Positions 9,644 through 21,680 are shown, counted from the stretch's first letter. The stretch is DNA of 64,000 nt from Alphaproteobacteria bacterium (GCA_964291415.2 OZ219918.1:928001-992000), one strand, 5' to 3'. The notes: generated from the letters alone by a model not told the origin. Translations and numbers: made by a program.

Positions 9644-11696
9644 ATGACTGACAGCAGTGCGACGAGGATCGTCAGCGGATTTCCGTGTCCAGGTGAAGGA
9701 GATCGAGCATGTCTGGATTCCCATGGCCGACGGGGTGCGCCTGTCGGCGCGCATCTGGATGCCCGACGATGCCGAAGACAAGCCGGTGCCCGCGATTCTC
9801 GAGTACATCCCCTACCGCAAGCGCGATCATACGCGCGCCTGGGATGACCCCCGCCACCACTACTGGGCCGGACACGGCTATGCCTGTGTGAGGCTCGACA
9901 TTCGCGGCACCGGCGAGTCGGAGGGTCTCATCACGGATGAGTATGCGCTCTCCAGGAGCAGGACGACGCCCTGGAAGCGATTGCCTGGATCGCCGCCCGG
10001 CCCTGGTGCAGCGGCCGTGTCGGCATGACGGGCATCTCGTGGGGCGGCTTCAACAGCCTGCAGGTGGCGGCGCGCCGGCCACCGGCCCTGAAGGCGATCA
10101 TTACCCACTGTTCGACCGATGACCGCTACAGCGACGACGTGCACTACATGGGCGGATGTCTGCTGCTCGAGAACTTCTTCTGGGGTTCGGCGTACCTGAT
10201 GCTCATGGCGCGCTCCGGCGATCCGTTGATCCAGGGGGAGCGATGGCGGGACCAGTGGCTGGAGAGACTGGAGAACCAGGAGCCCGTCGCCGCCACTCTC
10301 TGGCTCGCCCACCAGCGGCGGGATGCCTACTGGAAGCATGGATCGGTCTGCGAGAACTGGTCGGACATCGACTGCGCGGTCTATGCCGTGGGCGGCTGGA
10401 ACGACGGTTACTCGAATGCCGTGCCACGCATGCTCGAAAATCTTGACGTTCCGGCCAGGGGACTCATCGGTCCGTGGGGCCACAAGTACCCCCAGGACGC
10501 CATTCCGGGACCCTCGATCGGATTCCTTCAGCATGGCCTGCGCTGGTGGGACCACTGGCTGAAGGACGAGGACCCGGAGTTTGCAGACGAACCTCAGCTG
10601 ACGGTCTGGCTCGACGAATTCCAGTCGCCGGACGCCTGCCTGGCGCAGTCGAAGGGACGCTGGGTGAGCGAGGCCGCATGGCCTTCACCCAATTCCGTCG
10701 CCCACACCCTCTTCCTCAATGCCGACGGCCTTGCGGCGGAAGCCGGTGAGCACGTGACCATGGACCACCGGTCCTCCGGAGACCGTTGGTGTCGCGGCCG
10801 GAAACTGGTGTCCCTACGGGCTCGGCGGTTCCAGCCCTGACCTGCCGCTCGACCAGCGGGAGGATGATGCCGTGTCGCTCGTGTTCGATGGTGAACCGCT
10901 CGACGAGCGCCTCGAGATCCTCGGGGCGCCGGAAATCGTGCTCGACGTTGCGGTGGACCGTCCTCAGGCGATGGTGGTGGTGCGGCTCAATGACGTCGCG
11001 CCGACCGGAGAATCCATGCGCGTGACATGGGGAGTGCTCAATCTCTCGCACGCCCGCAGCCACGAGGAACCATCCTTGATGACGCCGGGAGAATCGGTGA
11101 CGGTCCGTCTCAAACTGAACGACTGCGCCCACGCCTTTCTGGCCGGACACCGGATTCGCGTCGCCATCTCGACGAGCTACTTTCCCGTCGTGTGGCCGGC
11201 GCCGGAAGTCTTCACCCTTTCTCTCACTGGTGGCGCCGCCAGCAAACTGATGCTGCCGGTCCGGCCCTTGCAGGGCGACGATGATCCGCAGGTCGTCTTC
11301 GACGAACCCGAAATGGCGCCGTTTCCCGACATGACGGTCCTGGTGCCTCCCTCGTCTTCGAGGACGGTCGAGCGGGATGTCGCGAGCGGTGAGCAGGTCA
11401 TGCGCCTGGTGGAGGACGGTGGCGTCTGCCGCCTCGAGGCGATCGACATGGAGTGTGCCGACGGCACCCGGTTCGAGTTCGCCATCACGAAAGGTGATCC
11501 GCTTTCGGCTCGGGCAGTCTGGCGCTGGTGGAGCCGCCGCAGCCGGGGCGACTGGAGTGCCGGTGTCAGGGTACGGATGGAGATTCGGTCGTCGGCAGAC
11601 ACCTGGCACGTGGCCAGCGACCTTGAGGCCTTCGAGGGAGACCGGCGAATCTTTTCGCGCTCATGGAATCATGACATTGCGAGAGATCACTGCTGA
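9644..11696 (+). CDS. CocE/NonD (peptidase S15) family hydrolase, split by about 3 frameshifts (near 9685, 9950, 10790)
   Basis: WIPMADGVRLSARIW, EYIPYRKRD, nucleophile GISWGG, GPWGHKYP, C-terminal PepX-like GHRIRVAISTSYFP. Confidence 0.88.
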
Positions 11697-12778
11697 GCGG
11701 CGATTCCGGCCAGCATGACCTTCTCGACCGCCGTCGCCCTGTCGAAGACCATCTCCTTCCAGGCACCGGTGTCGGGATAGAAACAGCGCCGGATCTCCGC
11801 CTTGATGGCGCGGCCAAGATCCGAGTCGAGATCTCCGTGACTGTGGAGCCAGCAGTCCGCCATCAGGGATTCAAGAACCTCGTCGAGAGGTGAGGTGCCG
11901 TATTCCAGGGTCGCCATGGTGAGACGGGCGTGATCGGCGGCCCTGGCGACTGCAAGGTTGTTGGTGCCGGTGAGCGGCGCGGAGACCGAACTGCCGTCGC
12001 TGGTCGATGTCACGGCGCCTTCACCGAACCAGTCGACCAGACGCCGGTGACCGGGTTCGCCTGCATCGTGATCGGAAATCAGCTCGCCGACGCCAAAGGG
12101 GCCCAGTCCGGTATGGTAGTCGAGGAACGCGACGTGGCGGGCGCCCGCAGCATGCCGGCGGACGATTGAGGTCAACGTGGTGGCCGACCAGGAAAGGGCC
12201 GATCCGCCGTAGAAGAGGCCCTCCGCGTGACTGTGCTGACCGGTCGAAATGGCGCCCTGCAGAGCCATGTCCCCCAGGCGTTCGCGATAGCTCTCCATCG
12301 CCGCACGACATTGGGCCCGCGATTCAGCCGTCCACTCATCCGGGCACAGGGCCTCCTTTAGCTCCTCGTAGCCTTCGTTGATGGCGTACGGCTGGTCATG
12401 GTCGACATGATTGCGGTTGAGATCGACGTTCTCCTGGGTCACGCGGCGCAGCCAGGAAAAGCCGAAGGGATTGATGGCATGGATCAGGACAACGGCGACA
12501 TCGTCATCCCGGCCGTCGTAGAGGCCTGATGCAAGGGCGCCGGTCTGGACTCCCGAACCGCAGAATCCCTCGACGCCGTGGGTGGCCGACATGGTCATGA
12601 AGACCCGTCCGGCGTCGTCGGGGCCCAGGCGCGCGACATCCGTGGCCAGGACCTCGCCGTCCCGGCCTGCCCTGGGGTGGAGGTGCTGCTCGACACGCGC
12701 TCCACATGACAGGCAGGCATCGAGAAAGGCCTGACGGGCGTCACGGTAGGTTGCGGAAAAGAACTGCTCAGGATGCAT
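11687..12778 (-). CDS. M14-family metallopeptidase (DUF2817)
   Basis: FSATYRDARQAF, SATHGVEGFCGS (HxxE), HAINPFGF, NVDLNRN, DYHTGLG. Confidence 0.88.
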   Translation of the reverse strand: MHPEQFFSATYRDARQAFLDACLSCGARVEQHLHPRAGRDGEVLATDVARLGPDDAGRVFMTMSATHGVEGFCGSGVQTGALASGLYDGRDDDVAVVLIHAINPFGFSWLRRVTQENVDLNRNHVDHDQPYAINEGYEELKEALCPDEWTAESRAQCRAAMESYRERLGDMALQGAISTGQHSHAEGLFYGGSALSWSATTLTSIVRRHAAGARHVAFLDYHTGLGPFGVGELISDHDAGEPGHRRLVDWFGEGAVTSTSDGSSVSAPLTGTNNLAVARAADHARLTMATLEYGTSPLDEVLESLMADCWLHSHGDLDSDLGRAIKAEIRRCFYPDTGAWKEMVFDRATAVEKVMLAGIAAQQ

Positions 12779-12836
12779 CGCCGGTCCCGGTGCTGTTGTC
12801 ACGGGGTGACACGGTAGCACTCGCCCTTGCCGGCGA

Positions 12837-15563
12837 TCACGCGTTTTCCCGCAGGTGCTCTCTGACACAGCCGATGGCCTGATCCAGCTTGAGCCGGGCG
12901 ACCTCCACCCCTTCCGGAAAGGCGCTCGCCATGCGCGAAGGCAGGCGCGGATCGAGGAGCACGAAGACGCCACGGTCGTCCATCCGCCTGACGAGACGAC
13001 CGTAGGCCTGGCGCAATCTGAGCCGCGTGATGAGATCGTTCCACTGCAGGTCCCCGAATGCGGAGTGTCGGGCCCTGTGCAGAAGATCGGGCCGCGGCCA
13101 GGGCACGCGGTCGAAGACGATAAGGCGCAGGGAGCGTCCGGGAACATCAACGCCGTCGCGCACGGCATCGGTGCCGAGCAGACAGGAGTTCTCTTCGGCA
13201 CGAAAGATGTCCACCAGGGTTCCGGTGTCCATGGCGTCGACGTGCTGCGCATAGAGGGGCAGCCCTGCCTGCTGGAGGGGAAGGGCAATGCGCTGGTGCA
13301 CGCGTCTCAGGCGTCTGATGGCCGTGAAGATTCCGAGGCCGCCTCCCCCGGCGGCCGTGAAGAGATCGCGAAAGGCAATGCTGACCCCTACCTCCTCCTG
13401 GCGCGGTACGTCCGTGACCACGATGACCCGCGTGAGGTCCGGGTAGGCAAACGGGGAGGAGATGGCTGAACGGGCCGGCGGGTCGGCAAGGTGGCGCAGG
13501 CCGGTCCGCAGGCCGGCTGTAAGCCAGGTTCCGTCACCTGTCTGTTGGTGGTCACGCGCATCACGCAGTGTCGCCGAGGTGATGACGACACCATGGGCCT
13601 TCGAGACAACATTTTCGGCGAAGGGCTTGCCCGGATCGATCCAGTGACGGTGCATGCCCGTATCGAGCTCACGTCCGTCAATGCGATTGATCGACAGGAA
13701 GTCGTGGTACTCTTCCGGGGTCTCGGTCCCCAGTGTCTCGAGCATGTGCCGCCACTCGGCAACGACGTCGACGCCGCGCAGGCGGATGCCACGCATCGTC
13801 GCTTCCATGCGTTGTTGCGTGTGCTCCTCGAGGTGTTCCTTCTGGCGGATCAATTCCTCGCCCAGGTGCGCGATGAGATCGGTGAGCGGCCGCTCCAGGG
13901 CGCCCAGCGCTTCGTGGAGGGCGATGGCCGCTGCCAGGAGTGGCTCAGGAGGGCGATCGGCCAGGCACTCCAGACTGTAGCTGCCCTGAGCATCGCCGGT
14001 CCGGTCCAGCACCTGGCGGCGCACCAGGAAGAAGAAGGCTTCTGCCTTTCCCGCCGGGGCGCCGGCGGAGAACCGGTCAAGCCAGCCCGGTGCCGGCAGA
14101 ACGGAGGCCGTGCGCGCGATGTCGGCGATGAGGGCACGGCCTTCGTCACCGATGAGGTCCCGCACCCTCTGCATGAGGCCGCGTGCCCGCGACTGGCGGC
14201 TCCCTGCACCGAGCAGCCAACGGCGCAGGTCCTCCGCTTCGCGGCAGGTGAGTTCGGTGGCAAACACCCTGTCGGCAGCATCGAAGATATGATGTCCCTC
14301 ATCGAAGATGTAGCGCGTCGGGGCATGGGGATCGCCTTCGCCGCTGTGCCAGGCCTGCAGCAGGCTGAGCGCGTGATTGGAAACGACAATGTCGGCATGG
14401 TGCGCCCGGCGCACGGACCCTTCGATAAAGCACTTCCGGAAGTGATCGCAGGCGCTGTAGATGCACTCGCCGCGGCGGTCCGCGAGATCCATGGTTTGCC
14501 GGTAGCCGAGCAGCTCGAGAAGCCAGCCGGGAAGAGAACCGCCCTGCATGTCGCCGTCGGACGTGGTCTGGATCCAGCGTCCGATGAGACCCAGTCGGAC
14601 CGTGTCCCCGACCGAACCGACACGGCGATTGACCGCGTCGGCGAAGTTGAGCAGGCACAGGTAGTTCTCGCGACCCTTTCGCACGACCACACGCCGCCGC
14701 CTGGCCTCGCTCTCGGGGATGAGCCGGTCGAGTTCCTGGTTGATCTGGCGCTGCAGGTTCCTGGTGTAGGTGCTGATCCACACGGTGCCGCGGTTCTTTT
14801 CCGCCCACAGACTGGCCGGCGCGATGTATCCAAGGGTCTTTCCGACCCCCGTGCCGGCCTCTGCCAGCACGGCGGCGACCGCACCCGGCTCGCGCCGAGG
14901 GGCGAAGCCTGGGATCAGCGACTGTGCATATCGCAGCTGTTCGGACCGGTCCTCGGCATTCTCACCGAGAAGGGACACCAGCCGGGATGCCACGTCATCC
15001 TGGCCGATGATGTCGGCGCGTGGTGGTGGGCGCGGTTCCCTGTCCGACCATTCCCGTAGAGTGGACCAGACGTCAAGACTGCCTTGCGTATCCGGCGTCA
15101 GGTTCAGTGCAGCAGCGACATCGCCCGCCCAGGGCCAGGCGCTGTCGACCATGGCGGCCGCAATGGCAGCCGCCTCGTCCCTCTGCTCGCGGTCGAACGC
15201 CGCCAGTTCGTCGAGCAGGAGCGCTGTACACGTCCGCAGCGCCATCGCCTGATCAGCCATGTCGCGGGGCAGGCCACCGCCGAGTGCGCGGGCGACGCCG
15301 AAGGGCGTGGGAACCGCAAAGGAACCAGGGCGCACGAATGCGAGGATTTCCAGGATATCGAAGGCCGGCAAGTGGCGGGTCCCGGTGCGACCGCCGGTGG
15401 CTACGGCATGGCACAGGAGAGGTACGGTCCCGCGTTTCCACCTCTGACCGGCCTCTTCGCGGTCGATTTCCTCGATCACGCCGTCGGCGGTCAGCCAGAC
15501 GGCACTGGCAGCGCCCGCCACAAGTGTCGGAGCCTCGGCCCAGGTCATGGCGCGATCAGTCAC
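12837..15563 (-). CDS. dinG: ATP-dependent DNA helicase, DinG/YoaA family
   Basis: [20 protein letters not shown], Fe-S cysteines, [22 protein letters not shown]. Confidence 0.93.
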   Translation of the reverse strand: MTDRAMTWAEAPTLVAGAASAVWLTADGVIEEIDREEAGQRWKRGTVPLLCHAVATGGRTGTRHLPAFDILEILAFVRPGSFAVPTPFGVARALGGGLPRDMADQAMALRTCTALLLDELAAFDREQRDEAAAIAAAMVDSAWPWAGDVAAALNLTPDTQGSLDVWSTLREWSDREPRPPPRADIIGQDDVASRLVSLLGENAEDRSEQLRYAQSLIPGFAPRREPGAVAAVLAEAGTGVGKTLGYIAPASLWAEKNRGTVWISTYTRNLQRQINQELDRLIPESEARRRRVVVRKGRENYLCLLNFADAVNRRVGSVGDTVRLGLIGRWIQTTSDGDMQGGSLPGWLLELLGYRQTMDLADRRGECIYSACDHFRKCFIEGSVRRAHHADIVVSNHALSLLQAWHSGEGDPHAPTRYIFDEGHHIFDAADRVFATELTCREAEDLRRWLLGAGSRQSRARGLMQRVRDLIGDEGRALIADIARTASVLPAPGWLDRFSAGAPAGKAEAFFFLVRRQVLDRTGDAQGSYSLECLADRPPEPLLAAAIALHEALGALERPLTDLIAHLGEELIRQKEHLEEHTQQRMEATMRGIRLRGVDVVAEWRHMLETLGTETPEEYHDFLSINRIDGRELDTGMHRHWIDPGKPFAENVVSKAHGVVITSATLRDARDHQQTGDGTWLTAGLRTGLRHLADPPARSAISSPFAYPDLTRVIVVTDVPRQEEVGVSIAFRDLFTAAGGGGLGIFTAIRRLRRVHQRIALPLQQAGLPLYAQHVDAMDTGTLVDIFRAEENSCLLGTDAVRDGVDVPGRSLRLIVFDRVPWPRPDLLHRARHSAFGDLQWNDLITRLRLRQAYGRLVRRMDDRGVFVLLDPRLPSRMASAFPEGVEVARLKLDQAIGCVREHLRENA

Positions 15564-17133
15564 ATGCGAGCTTGCCGCGGATGAGCGCGAGAGTCTCGCT
15601 GCGTCCGTAGAGGGCCATGAAACTGCCGAAACGCGGTCCGGAGGGCTGGCCGAGGAGAACTTCGTAGAGGGTTGCGAACCAGGTCCTCAGAGGCTCGAAC
15701 CCGTGGTCCCGCCCGGTGGCATAGGTCTCGCTCTGGAAGTCCTCGCCGGTTGCCGTATCCGGGAGTGTCTCCAGGCGGCCGGCCAGGTCGGCGAGGGCAT
15801 CCCGCTCCTTCTCGTCGGGAATGCGGTAGTGCTTCTCCTTCCTCACCACGTCCCGGTAGTAGTGGACGGCGAGGCGCGCCAGACGGTCGAGCAGGGGGTG
15901 GGTCTCAGGAGAGGTTCCGGGAAGATAGCGGCTGATGAAGCCCCACAGGATGGCTTCGTCGGCGGCATTGCAGACACTGGCGAGGTTGAGAAGCATGGCA
16001 TAGGAGAGAGGCTGCTCCTCGACCGGCGGATCGCCGGCGTGGATGTGCCATACCGGGTTGGCAAGGCGCTGATCATGGTCCTGGCTGTGGTAGAGCTCGA
16101 GGTGCCGCGCATGTTCGTCGACGTGACGCGGGATGACGTCGAAGTAGAGCCGCTTCGCCGTGCGCGGCTTGGTGTACATGAAGAGCGCAAGGCTTTCCGG
16201 AGTGCCGTAGCGCAGCCACTCATCGATGGTGAGGCCATTGCCGCGGGACTTCGAGATCTTCTCGCCGTTCTGGTCGAGGAAGAGTTCGTAGTTGAAACCC
16301 TCCGGCGGCGTGCCGCCCAGGGCCCGGCAAATGCGCCCGGAGATGGTCACCGAATCAATCAGGTCCTTGCCGGCCATTTCGTAGTCGACGTCCAGGGCAT
16401 GCCAGCGCATGCCCCAGTCCGGCTTCCAGTTGAGCTTGCAGTGTCCTCCCGTGACCGGCACTTCCGCCCTGGTCCCGTCCTCGTCCTCGAAGACGACCGT
16501 TCCCTTTCCGGGATGGCGTTCGAGGAGAGGCACGTAGAGGACCCGGCCGCTCACCGGGGAGATCGGCAGGAAGGGCGAATAGGTCTTGCGGCGCTCCTCC
16601 CTCAGGGTCGGCAACATGATTTCCATGATGGCGTCGAACCGCTCGAGGACGCGCAGGAGGGCGTCGTCGAAGGCGCCGGAACGGTACATTTCGGAGGAAC
16701 TCACGAACTCGTAGTCGAAACCGAATCGGTCCAGAAAGGACCTCAGCATCGCATTGTTGTGGTCCCCGAAGCTCGCATGATCGCTGTCGAAGGGGTTGGG
16801 AATCCTCGTCAGTGGATGGCCGATGTGGCGCGCCATCATGTCCTTTTCCGGGACGTTGTCGGGCACCTTGCGCAATCCGTCCATGTCGTCGGAATAGGCA
16901 ACCAGACGTGTCGGCACGTCGGACATCTGCGAGAAGGCGTGGCGAACCATGCTCGTGCGGACGACCTCGCCGAATGTGCCGATATGGGGCAGACCCGACG
17001 GCCCGTAGCCCGTCTCGAACAGCACATGGCCCTTCTGCGGCGTGCGGCCTTCCAGCCGTTCAAGGAGCTTCCGCGCCTCCTCGAATGGCCAGGCCCTGAT
17101 GGCGCGGGCCCGTTCTTCAGACAGCTCCACCAA
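15556..17133 (-). CDS. lysS: Lysine--tRNA ligase, class I
   Basis: [32 protein letters not shown]; RBS GAGGAG before the TTG start. Confidence 0.96.
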   Translation of the reverse strand: MVELSEERARAIRAWPFEEARKLLERLEGRTPQKGHVLFETGYGPSGLPHIGTFGEVVRTSMVRHAFSQMSDVPTRLVAYSDDMDGLRKVPDNVPEKDMMARHIGHPLTRIPNPFDSDHASFGDHNNAMLRSFLDRFGFDYEFVSSSEMYRSGAFDDALLRVLERFDAIMEIMLPTLREERRKTYSPFLPISPVSGRVLYVPLLERHPGKGTVVFEDEDGTRAEVPVTGGHCKLNWKPDWGMRWHALDVDYEMAGKDLIDSVTISGRICRALGGTPPEGFNYELFLDQNGEKISKSRGNGLTIDEWLRYGTPESLALFMYTKPRTAKRLYFDVIPRHVDEHARHLELYHSQDHDQRLANPVWHIHAGDPPVEEQPLSYAMLLNLASVCNAADEAILWGFISRYLPGTSPETHPLLDRLARLAVHYYRDVVRKEKHYRIPDEKERDALADLAGRLETLPDTATGEDFQSETYATGRDHGFEPLRTWFATLYEVLLGQPSGPRFGSFMALYGRSETLALIRGKLACD

Positions 17134-17258
17134 CCTGGTGACTCCTCGAAATGTGCGCTGAAACCTATGTCCGGATGCTGCCGTTCGCAAGGCAGGCACC
17201 ATGAGCCCCTGGCGGTCTCGAAGGTCGTGCGACTCGCGGCACGTTCGGTCAGGATCGA

Positions 17259-17292
17259 GTTCCCGGCGCCTGCCGCAACAGGCGCCGGGAAC
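17259..17292. terminator. Perfect 14-bp inverted repeat between the GNAT gene and lysS
   Basis: GTTCCCGGCGCCTG-ccgcaa-CAGGCGCCGGGAAC; no U-tract. Confidence 0.5.
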
Positions 17293-17325
17293 AATGTCGA
17301 CGAATCAGACTCGGGAACCGTCCTG

Positions 17326-17850
17326 TCAGCCGCAGGCGGGCTCCGGCGAGACGGCAGGCAGGCGGCGCCAGTCGGAAAACGGGATGTCGCGGCCGGGAAA
17401 GGCGGGTGAGCGGAAGGGCCATGTGGAGGCAATCCAGTGGCGGACCGTGGCGTAGAGTTCATCATCGAGGCCGCTGGCAAGCTCGTCGGCCCGGACCCAC
17501 ATCGTCACCTTGGCGTCATGGTCCCGCTTGAGTGTGGGCATGATGTAGACGCAGCCCAGGCAGCGGCTCTCGTCGGGAGCCATCACCGTATAGGCAAAGG
17601 ACACGCGCAGGGTGAACTCCCGCTGATGCCAGCCGAGATCGACGAGGTCATCCTCCAGCGTCAGGCCGGCGGGCCAGTCGCTGCCGCTCTCCCGGGAGTA
17701 GGTCGCGCGCAGGTGGTCGACGCTCGACATGACGGCGTCGTAGTCCCTGACGAGATCGTTCACCGTCAGCATGCGCAGGCGAAAGCTGGAATGCTCGAGC
17801 GTGGCCGGAACGTCGAAGTCGTCCGGCACGAGACGTGGTCGATCATGCAT
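17326..17850 (-). CDS. GNAT-family N-acetyltransferase-like protein
   Basis: FDVPATL, DYDAVMSS, DLGWHQREF, FAYTV, CLGCVYI, WVRADE. Confidence 0.8.
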   Translation of the reverse strand: MHDRPRLVPDDFDVPATLEHSSFRLRMLTVNDLVRDYDAVMSSVDHLRATYSRESGSDWPAGLTLEDDLVDLGWHQREFTLRVSFAYTVMAPDESRCLGCVYIMPTLKRDHDAKVTMWVRADELASGLDDELYATVRHWIASTWPFRSPAFPGRDIPFSDWRRLPAVSPEPACG

Positions 17851-19057
17851 GGTTCGTTGACCTCCTCGATGGGTGACGCAGGGACGTGGCGCCAAGAAAG
17901 CGGCACAGGCGTGCGAGCGCGCTGGCGAGCGCCGCAGCCCGTCCCTTGCCCTCGACGATACCAGGCTCCCACCACAGGCCCTCGACCACCAGTTCACCGG
18001 TGGATCGATGAAGTTTCATCGAGGCGCGTCCGGTCAGGCGATCACCCTCGAGAATTGGCAACACGTAGTAGCCGTAGCGCCGCCGTGCCCTGGGAACGAA
18101 GGCTTCGAAGCGATAGTCGAAGCCGAACAGGCGCAGGGCTCGGCGCCGGTCGCGCAGCACCGGGTCGAATGGGCTCAGGAACCGCATTGTCGAAGGGGGA
18201 GAATCGAGTTGGACGAGAGTGTCCTCGATATGCGTCCATGCAAGAGAACTCCTTGGAGCGCCGTTGCCGTATCCCTCAACCTCGATCGTCATCAGACGAT
18301 GGCGGTTGGCGGCGGCCCACCGCCTGGCATCGTCCGGGGACACGGCATCCCAGAAGGCCGCGATCTCGCCTGGCGTCGCGGTGCCCAGGCGATCCAGCGC
18401 CGATGAACAGGCCCACTCGAGATGTTCCCCGGGCGACACCTCCCGGTTGAGGACATCTCCGGGTATCACCCGTTCGGTGAGGTCGTACACCTTCTGGAAG
18501 TTCTCGCGCCGCACCACCTGGATGGTTCCCTTCCACCACAGGTATTCAAGGGCCGCCTTGGCCGGCTTCCAGCCCCACCAGGGTTCATTCTGTCCACCCG
18601 TCTCGTCGGTGAGTTCCCGTGACATCGTCGGTCCGTGCGTGGTGATCCGGTCGAGCACCCGTGCAATGACATGGGCGGGATCGTCACCGATGCGTTCGCG
18701 GAACCAGGCGCTGTTCTCGAGACTCGCCGTCATGCGGGCAAACCGCGGCTTCCAGTGTGCATACCATGCAAGGGGAATGGCGCTGGCATCGTGGGTCCAG
18801 TGCTCGAAGAGACTGCGTTCGCCTTCCAGAAGCGCCGCCAGATCCTCCCTGCGATAGGTCCGGTTGCGCGAATGGAGCGTGAGGTGGTGGGCCCGTTCAA
18901 CGGTGGAGATGCTGTCGAGCTGCACGAATCCCATGCGCTGGATCAGTGACAACAGTCCCGATCGGCCAAGGCGCCGACCGGGCGGCTCGCCAAGTCCCTG
19001 GAGTTGCAGAAGCAGACGACGCGCGGTCCGGGCATCGAGTGTGAGGCGCGCAGGCAT
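17843..19057 (-). CDS. ycaQ: YcaQ/AlkZ-family (HTH_42) crosslink-repair DNA glycosylase
   Basis: GFVQLDSISTVERAH (QxD), LFEHWTHDAS, LSPFDP, RYGYYVLPIL. Confidence 0.88.
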   Translation of the reverse strand: MPARLTLDARTARRLLLQLQGLGEPPGRRLGRSGLLSLIQRMGFVQLDSISTVERAHHLTLHSRNRTYRREDLAALLEGERSLFEHWTHDASAIPLAWYAHWKPRFARMTASLENSAWFRERIGDDPAHVIARVLDRITTHGPTMSRELTDETGGQNEPWWGWKPAKAALEYLWWKGTIQVVRRENFQKVYDLTERVIPGDVLNREVSPGEHLEWACSSALDRLGTATPGEIAAFWDAVSPDDARRWAAANRHRLMTIEVEGYGNGAPRSSLAWTHIEDTLVQLDSPPSTMRFLSPFDPVLRDRRRALRLFGFDYRFEAFVPRARRRYGYYVLPILEGDRLTGRASMKLHRSTGELVVEGLWWEPGIVEGKGRAAALASALARLCRFLGATSLRHPSRRSTNHA

Positions 19058-19129
19058 GTCCGCATCATAGCGTCACGCGCCGTCACGGCATGTCTTGATT
19101 TTGCGATCCACCCGGATAGGTTCGCGGCC

Positions 19130-19996
19130 ATGTCCAGTCCCCAGCCCGGCATCCTCGACGGTGTCCCGTCCCATGCCCGATTTCTGGAGTTCCACCGGCG
19201 TCCCGGTGACGTGCCGGCGGCCGTGGTGCTGCGTGATCTCGCGAGCATCAGCGTGGATCTCGGCGCGGTCATCGGTCTTGGCCCGGGTCTGCTCGCGGGC
19301 CTGGGCGCCTCCATCCGCGGACACATGGCCTTTCCGGCCCTCTCCGGTCCGGGTTGCGAGGTGCCGTCGACGCAGGCGGACCTGTGGGCGTGGGTGAGGG
19401 GCGAGGATCCTGGCGAGGTGCTCCTGAACGCCCGTGCCATCGAACGCGAGGTGGCCGATGCATTCGGCATCGAGCGCATGATCGACGGGTTCCGCTATCG
19501 CGATGGCCGTGATCTCACCGGCTACGAGGATGGCACCGAGAACCCCACAGGAGATGCCGCCGTTGCCGCTGCCTGCAATGCCGGAGGCGAGAGCTTCGTC
19601 GCGGTGCAGCAGTGGATGCACGATCTCGATCTCTTCGCCTCCCATCCGCCTGGCGTTCGGGATCGCATCATCGGTCGGCGCCTCGAAGACAACGAGGAGC
19701 TTGCCGACGCTCCCTCCACCGCCCATGTTTCCCGCACGGCGCAGGAGAGTTTCGAACCCGAGGCGTTCCTGTTGCGCCGTTCGATGCCTTGGGCCGACTT
19801 CTCGGGAGAGGGGCTGATGTTCGTGTCCTTTACCGCAACCGTCGATCCGTTCGTTGCCCAGATGCGGCGCATGGCGGGTCTCGATGACGGCATCGTCGAT
19901 GCTCTCTTCGGCTTCACGCGTCCGGTGACCGGGAGCCTGTTCTGGTGCCCGCCCGTGCGTGACGGCTGTCTCGACCTGCCGGAGTTTCGCCCATGA
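19130..19996 (+). CDS. Dyp-type peroxidase
   Basis: TQADLW, RDLTGYEDGTENP (GxxDG), IIGRR, AHV, LRRSMPW. Confidence 0.93.
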   Translation: MSSPQPGILDGVPSHARFLEFHRRPGDVPAAVVLRDLASISVDLGAVIGLGPGLLAGLGASIRGHMAFPALSGPGCEVPSTQADLWAWVRGEDPGEVLLNARAIEREVADAFGIERMIDGFRYRDGRDLTGYEDGTENPTGDAAVAAACNAGGESFVAVQQWMHDLDLFASHPPGVRDRIIGRRLEDNEELADAPSTAHVSRTAQESFEPEAFLLRRSMPWADFSGEGLMFVSFTATVDPFVAQMRRMAGLDDGIVDALFGFTRPVTGSLFWCPPVRDGCLDLPEFRP

Positions 19997-20871
19997 ACGG
20001 CACTGTTCTCGGCGTCCTCGGCGGGAGTGGCGTCTACGACATCGACGGTCTCGAGAATGCCGAGTGGGTGACGGTCGACACACCCTGGGGAGCGCCTTCG
20101 GACCAGTTGCTGCGCGGCAGGCTGGACGGTCTCGAAGTGGTGTTCCTGCCGCGTCACGGCCGCGGCCATCATGTTTCACCCACCGGCATCAACGCGCGCG
20201 CCAACATCGATGCCCTGAAACGCTCAGGCGTCACCGACCTCGTCTCCGTGGCGGCGGTCGGATCACTCCGGGAAGACCTCCCGCCTGGCACTTTCGTGGT
20301 GTGCGACCAGTATGTCGACCGGACGGTGAACCGAACGAGAAGTTTCTTTGGCGAGGGGTGTGTGGCCCATGTCTCGCTGGCCCACCCGACCTGTGATCGC
20401 CTGGCGCACCACGTGACGAAGGCCGGCCAGACGGCCGGCATCTCCATGGTCCGGGGCGGCACCTACATCTGCATCGAGGGACCCCAGTTCTCGACGCTGG
20501 CCGAATCGCATCTCTTCAGGTCGTGGAACATGGACGTCATCGGCATGACGGCCATGCCGGAGGCGCGCCTCGCGCGGGAGGCGGAGCTTTGCTATCTCAC
20601 AGTCGGCATGGTGACGGACTACGACTGCTGGCACGAAGACCATGATGCCGTCACCGTGGAGCAGGTCATCGGCGTGCTGTTGGCCAACGCCGGAAATGCA
20701 AGGCGCCTTGTCGGGAATCTCGTGCCTCTGGTGGCCGGCATCGATCACCCGTGCCCCCACCGCTGTGACCGGGCTCTCGACCATGCCATCATCACCAGGC
20801 CGGAAGCCCGCGACAGGGACGTCGTCGCCAGGCTCGACGCGGTGGCCGGACGTGTCCTGGGGAGCGGCTGA
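19993..20871 (+). CDS. mtnP: S-methyl-5'-thioadenosine phosphorylase
   Basis: GGSGVY, PRHGRGH, RANIDALK, EGPQFSTLAES, IGMTAMPEA, VTDYDCW. Confidence 0.95.
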   Translation: MNGTVLGVLGGSGVYDIDGLENAEWVTVDTPWGAPSDQLLRGRLDGLEVVFLPRHGRGHHVSPTGINARANIDALKRSGVTDLVSVAAVGSLREDLPPGTFVVCDQYVDRTVNRTRSFFGEGCVAHVSLAHPTCDRLAHHVTKAGQTAGISMVRGGTYICIEGPQFSTLAESHLFRSWNMDVIGMTAMPEARLAREAELCYLTVGMVTDYDCWHEDHDAVTVEQVIGVLLANAGNARRLVGNLVPLVAGIDHPCPHRCDRALDHAIITRPEARDRDVVARLDAVAGRVLGSG

Positions 20872-21389
20872 TGGACCTTCGCCCTCTCATCCGCACCATC
20901 CCGGATTTTCCCCGCGAGGGGGTCATGTTCCGTGACATCACGACGCTGTTTGCCCATGGGGCAGGCTTCGCCCACGCGGTCGACGGCATGACGGTCCCCT
21001 TTGCCGATTCCGCGGTCGACGTGGTTGCTGCCATCGAGGCACGGGGGTTCATCCCGGGTGGCGCCGTCGCCCGCCAGCTGCAGGCGGCCTTCGTCGCCAT
21101 ACGCAAGAAAGGCAAACTGCCCCGCCGGGCCATCGGCGAGGACTACGAGCTCGAGTACGGCATCGACCGGATCGAGATTCACGACGACGCCGTCAGGGAA
21201 GGAGCGCGGGTCCTGGTGGTGGACGACCTGATCGCCACCGGAGGCACCGCGATGGCCGCCGTTCGCCTGCTGCGCCGCGCCAACGCCAACATCGTCGGCG
21301 CCAGTTTCGTGATCGATCTCCCGGCTCTCGGCGGCGCGGACCGCGTCCGCCAGCTCGGCGTTCCCTGCCACTCCCTCGTCAGCTTCTGA
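20871..21389 (+). CDS. apt: Adenine phosphoribosyltransferase
   Basis: IPDFPREGVMFRDIT, IEARGF, RKKGKLP, VVDDLIATGGT. Confidence 0.97.
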   Translation: MDLRPLIRTIPDFPREGVMFRDITTLFAHGAGFAHAVDGMTVPFADSAVDVVAAIEARGFIPGGAVARQLQAAFVAIRKKGKLPRRAIGEDYELEYGIDRIEIHDDAVREGARVLVVDDLIATGGTAMAAVRLLRRANANIVGASFVIDLPALGGADRVRQLGVPCHSLVSF

Positions 21390-21680
21390 GCATCGCCAGT
21401 TGTCGTCTGGCGGAAAGAGGACGCGTCCTCCCATGGCCGCGAAGCGACCTTCGCTCAAACGGGGTTGTCGCCAGCATTGGTACGGACGCCGGCCGGAAAG
21501 TCCGGACGTTTCGAGGCAACCTGCATGGCATGGTCATTTGCCTCAGGGCTGATGTGCCTGACCAGGCAGGCGTTCACGCTGCCAGGCGGTCTTCGCGACC
21601 GGCGCCACGGCCCAAGGCTCTCCATCGCTGGACTCGGCGACACGTATGAACCCGAGGAACTGTGGTAGCCGATGTCCGGG

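Noticed and set aside
15556-17133. Class I LysRS as an archaeal transfer
   Set aside because: Class I LysRS is normal in many Alphaproteobacteria
6782-17409. Long antisense ORFs (e.g. 6782..8458, 13491..15059, 15547..17409)
   Set aside because: Shadow frames of high-GC genes with no recognisable motifs
19130-19996. DyP as encapsulin cargo
   Set aside because: No encapsulin gene nearby and no C-terminal targeting peptide seen
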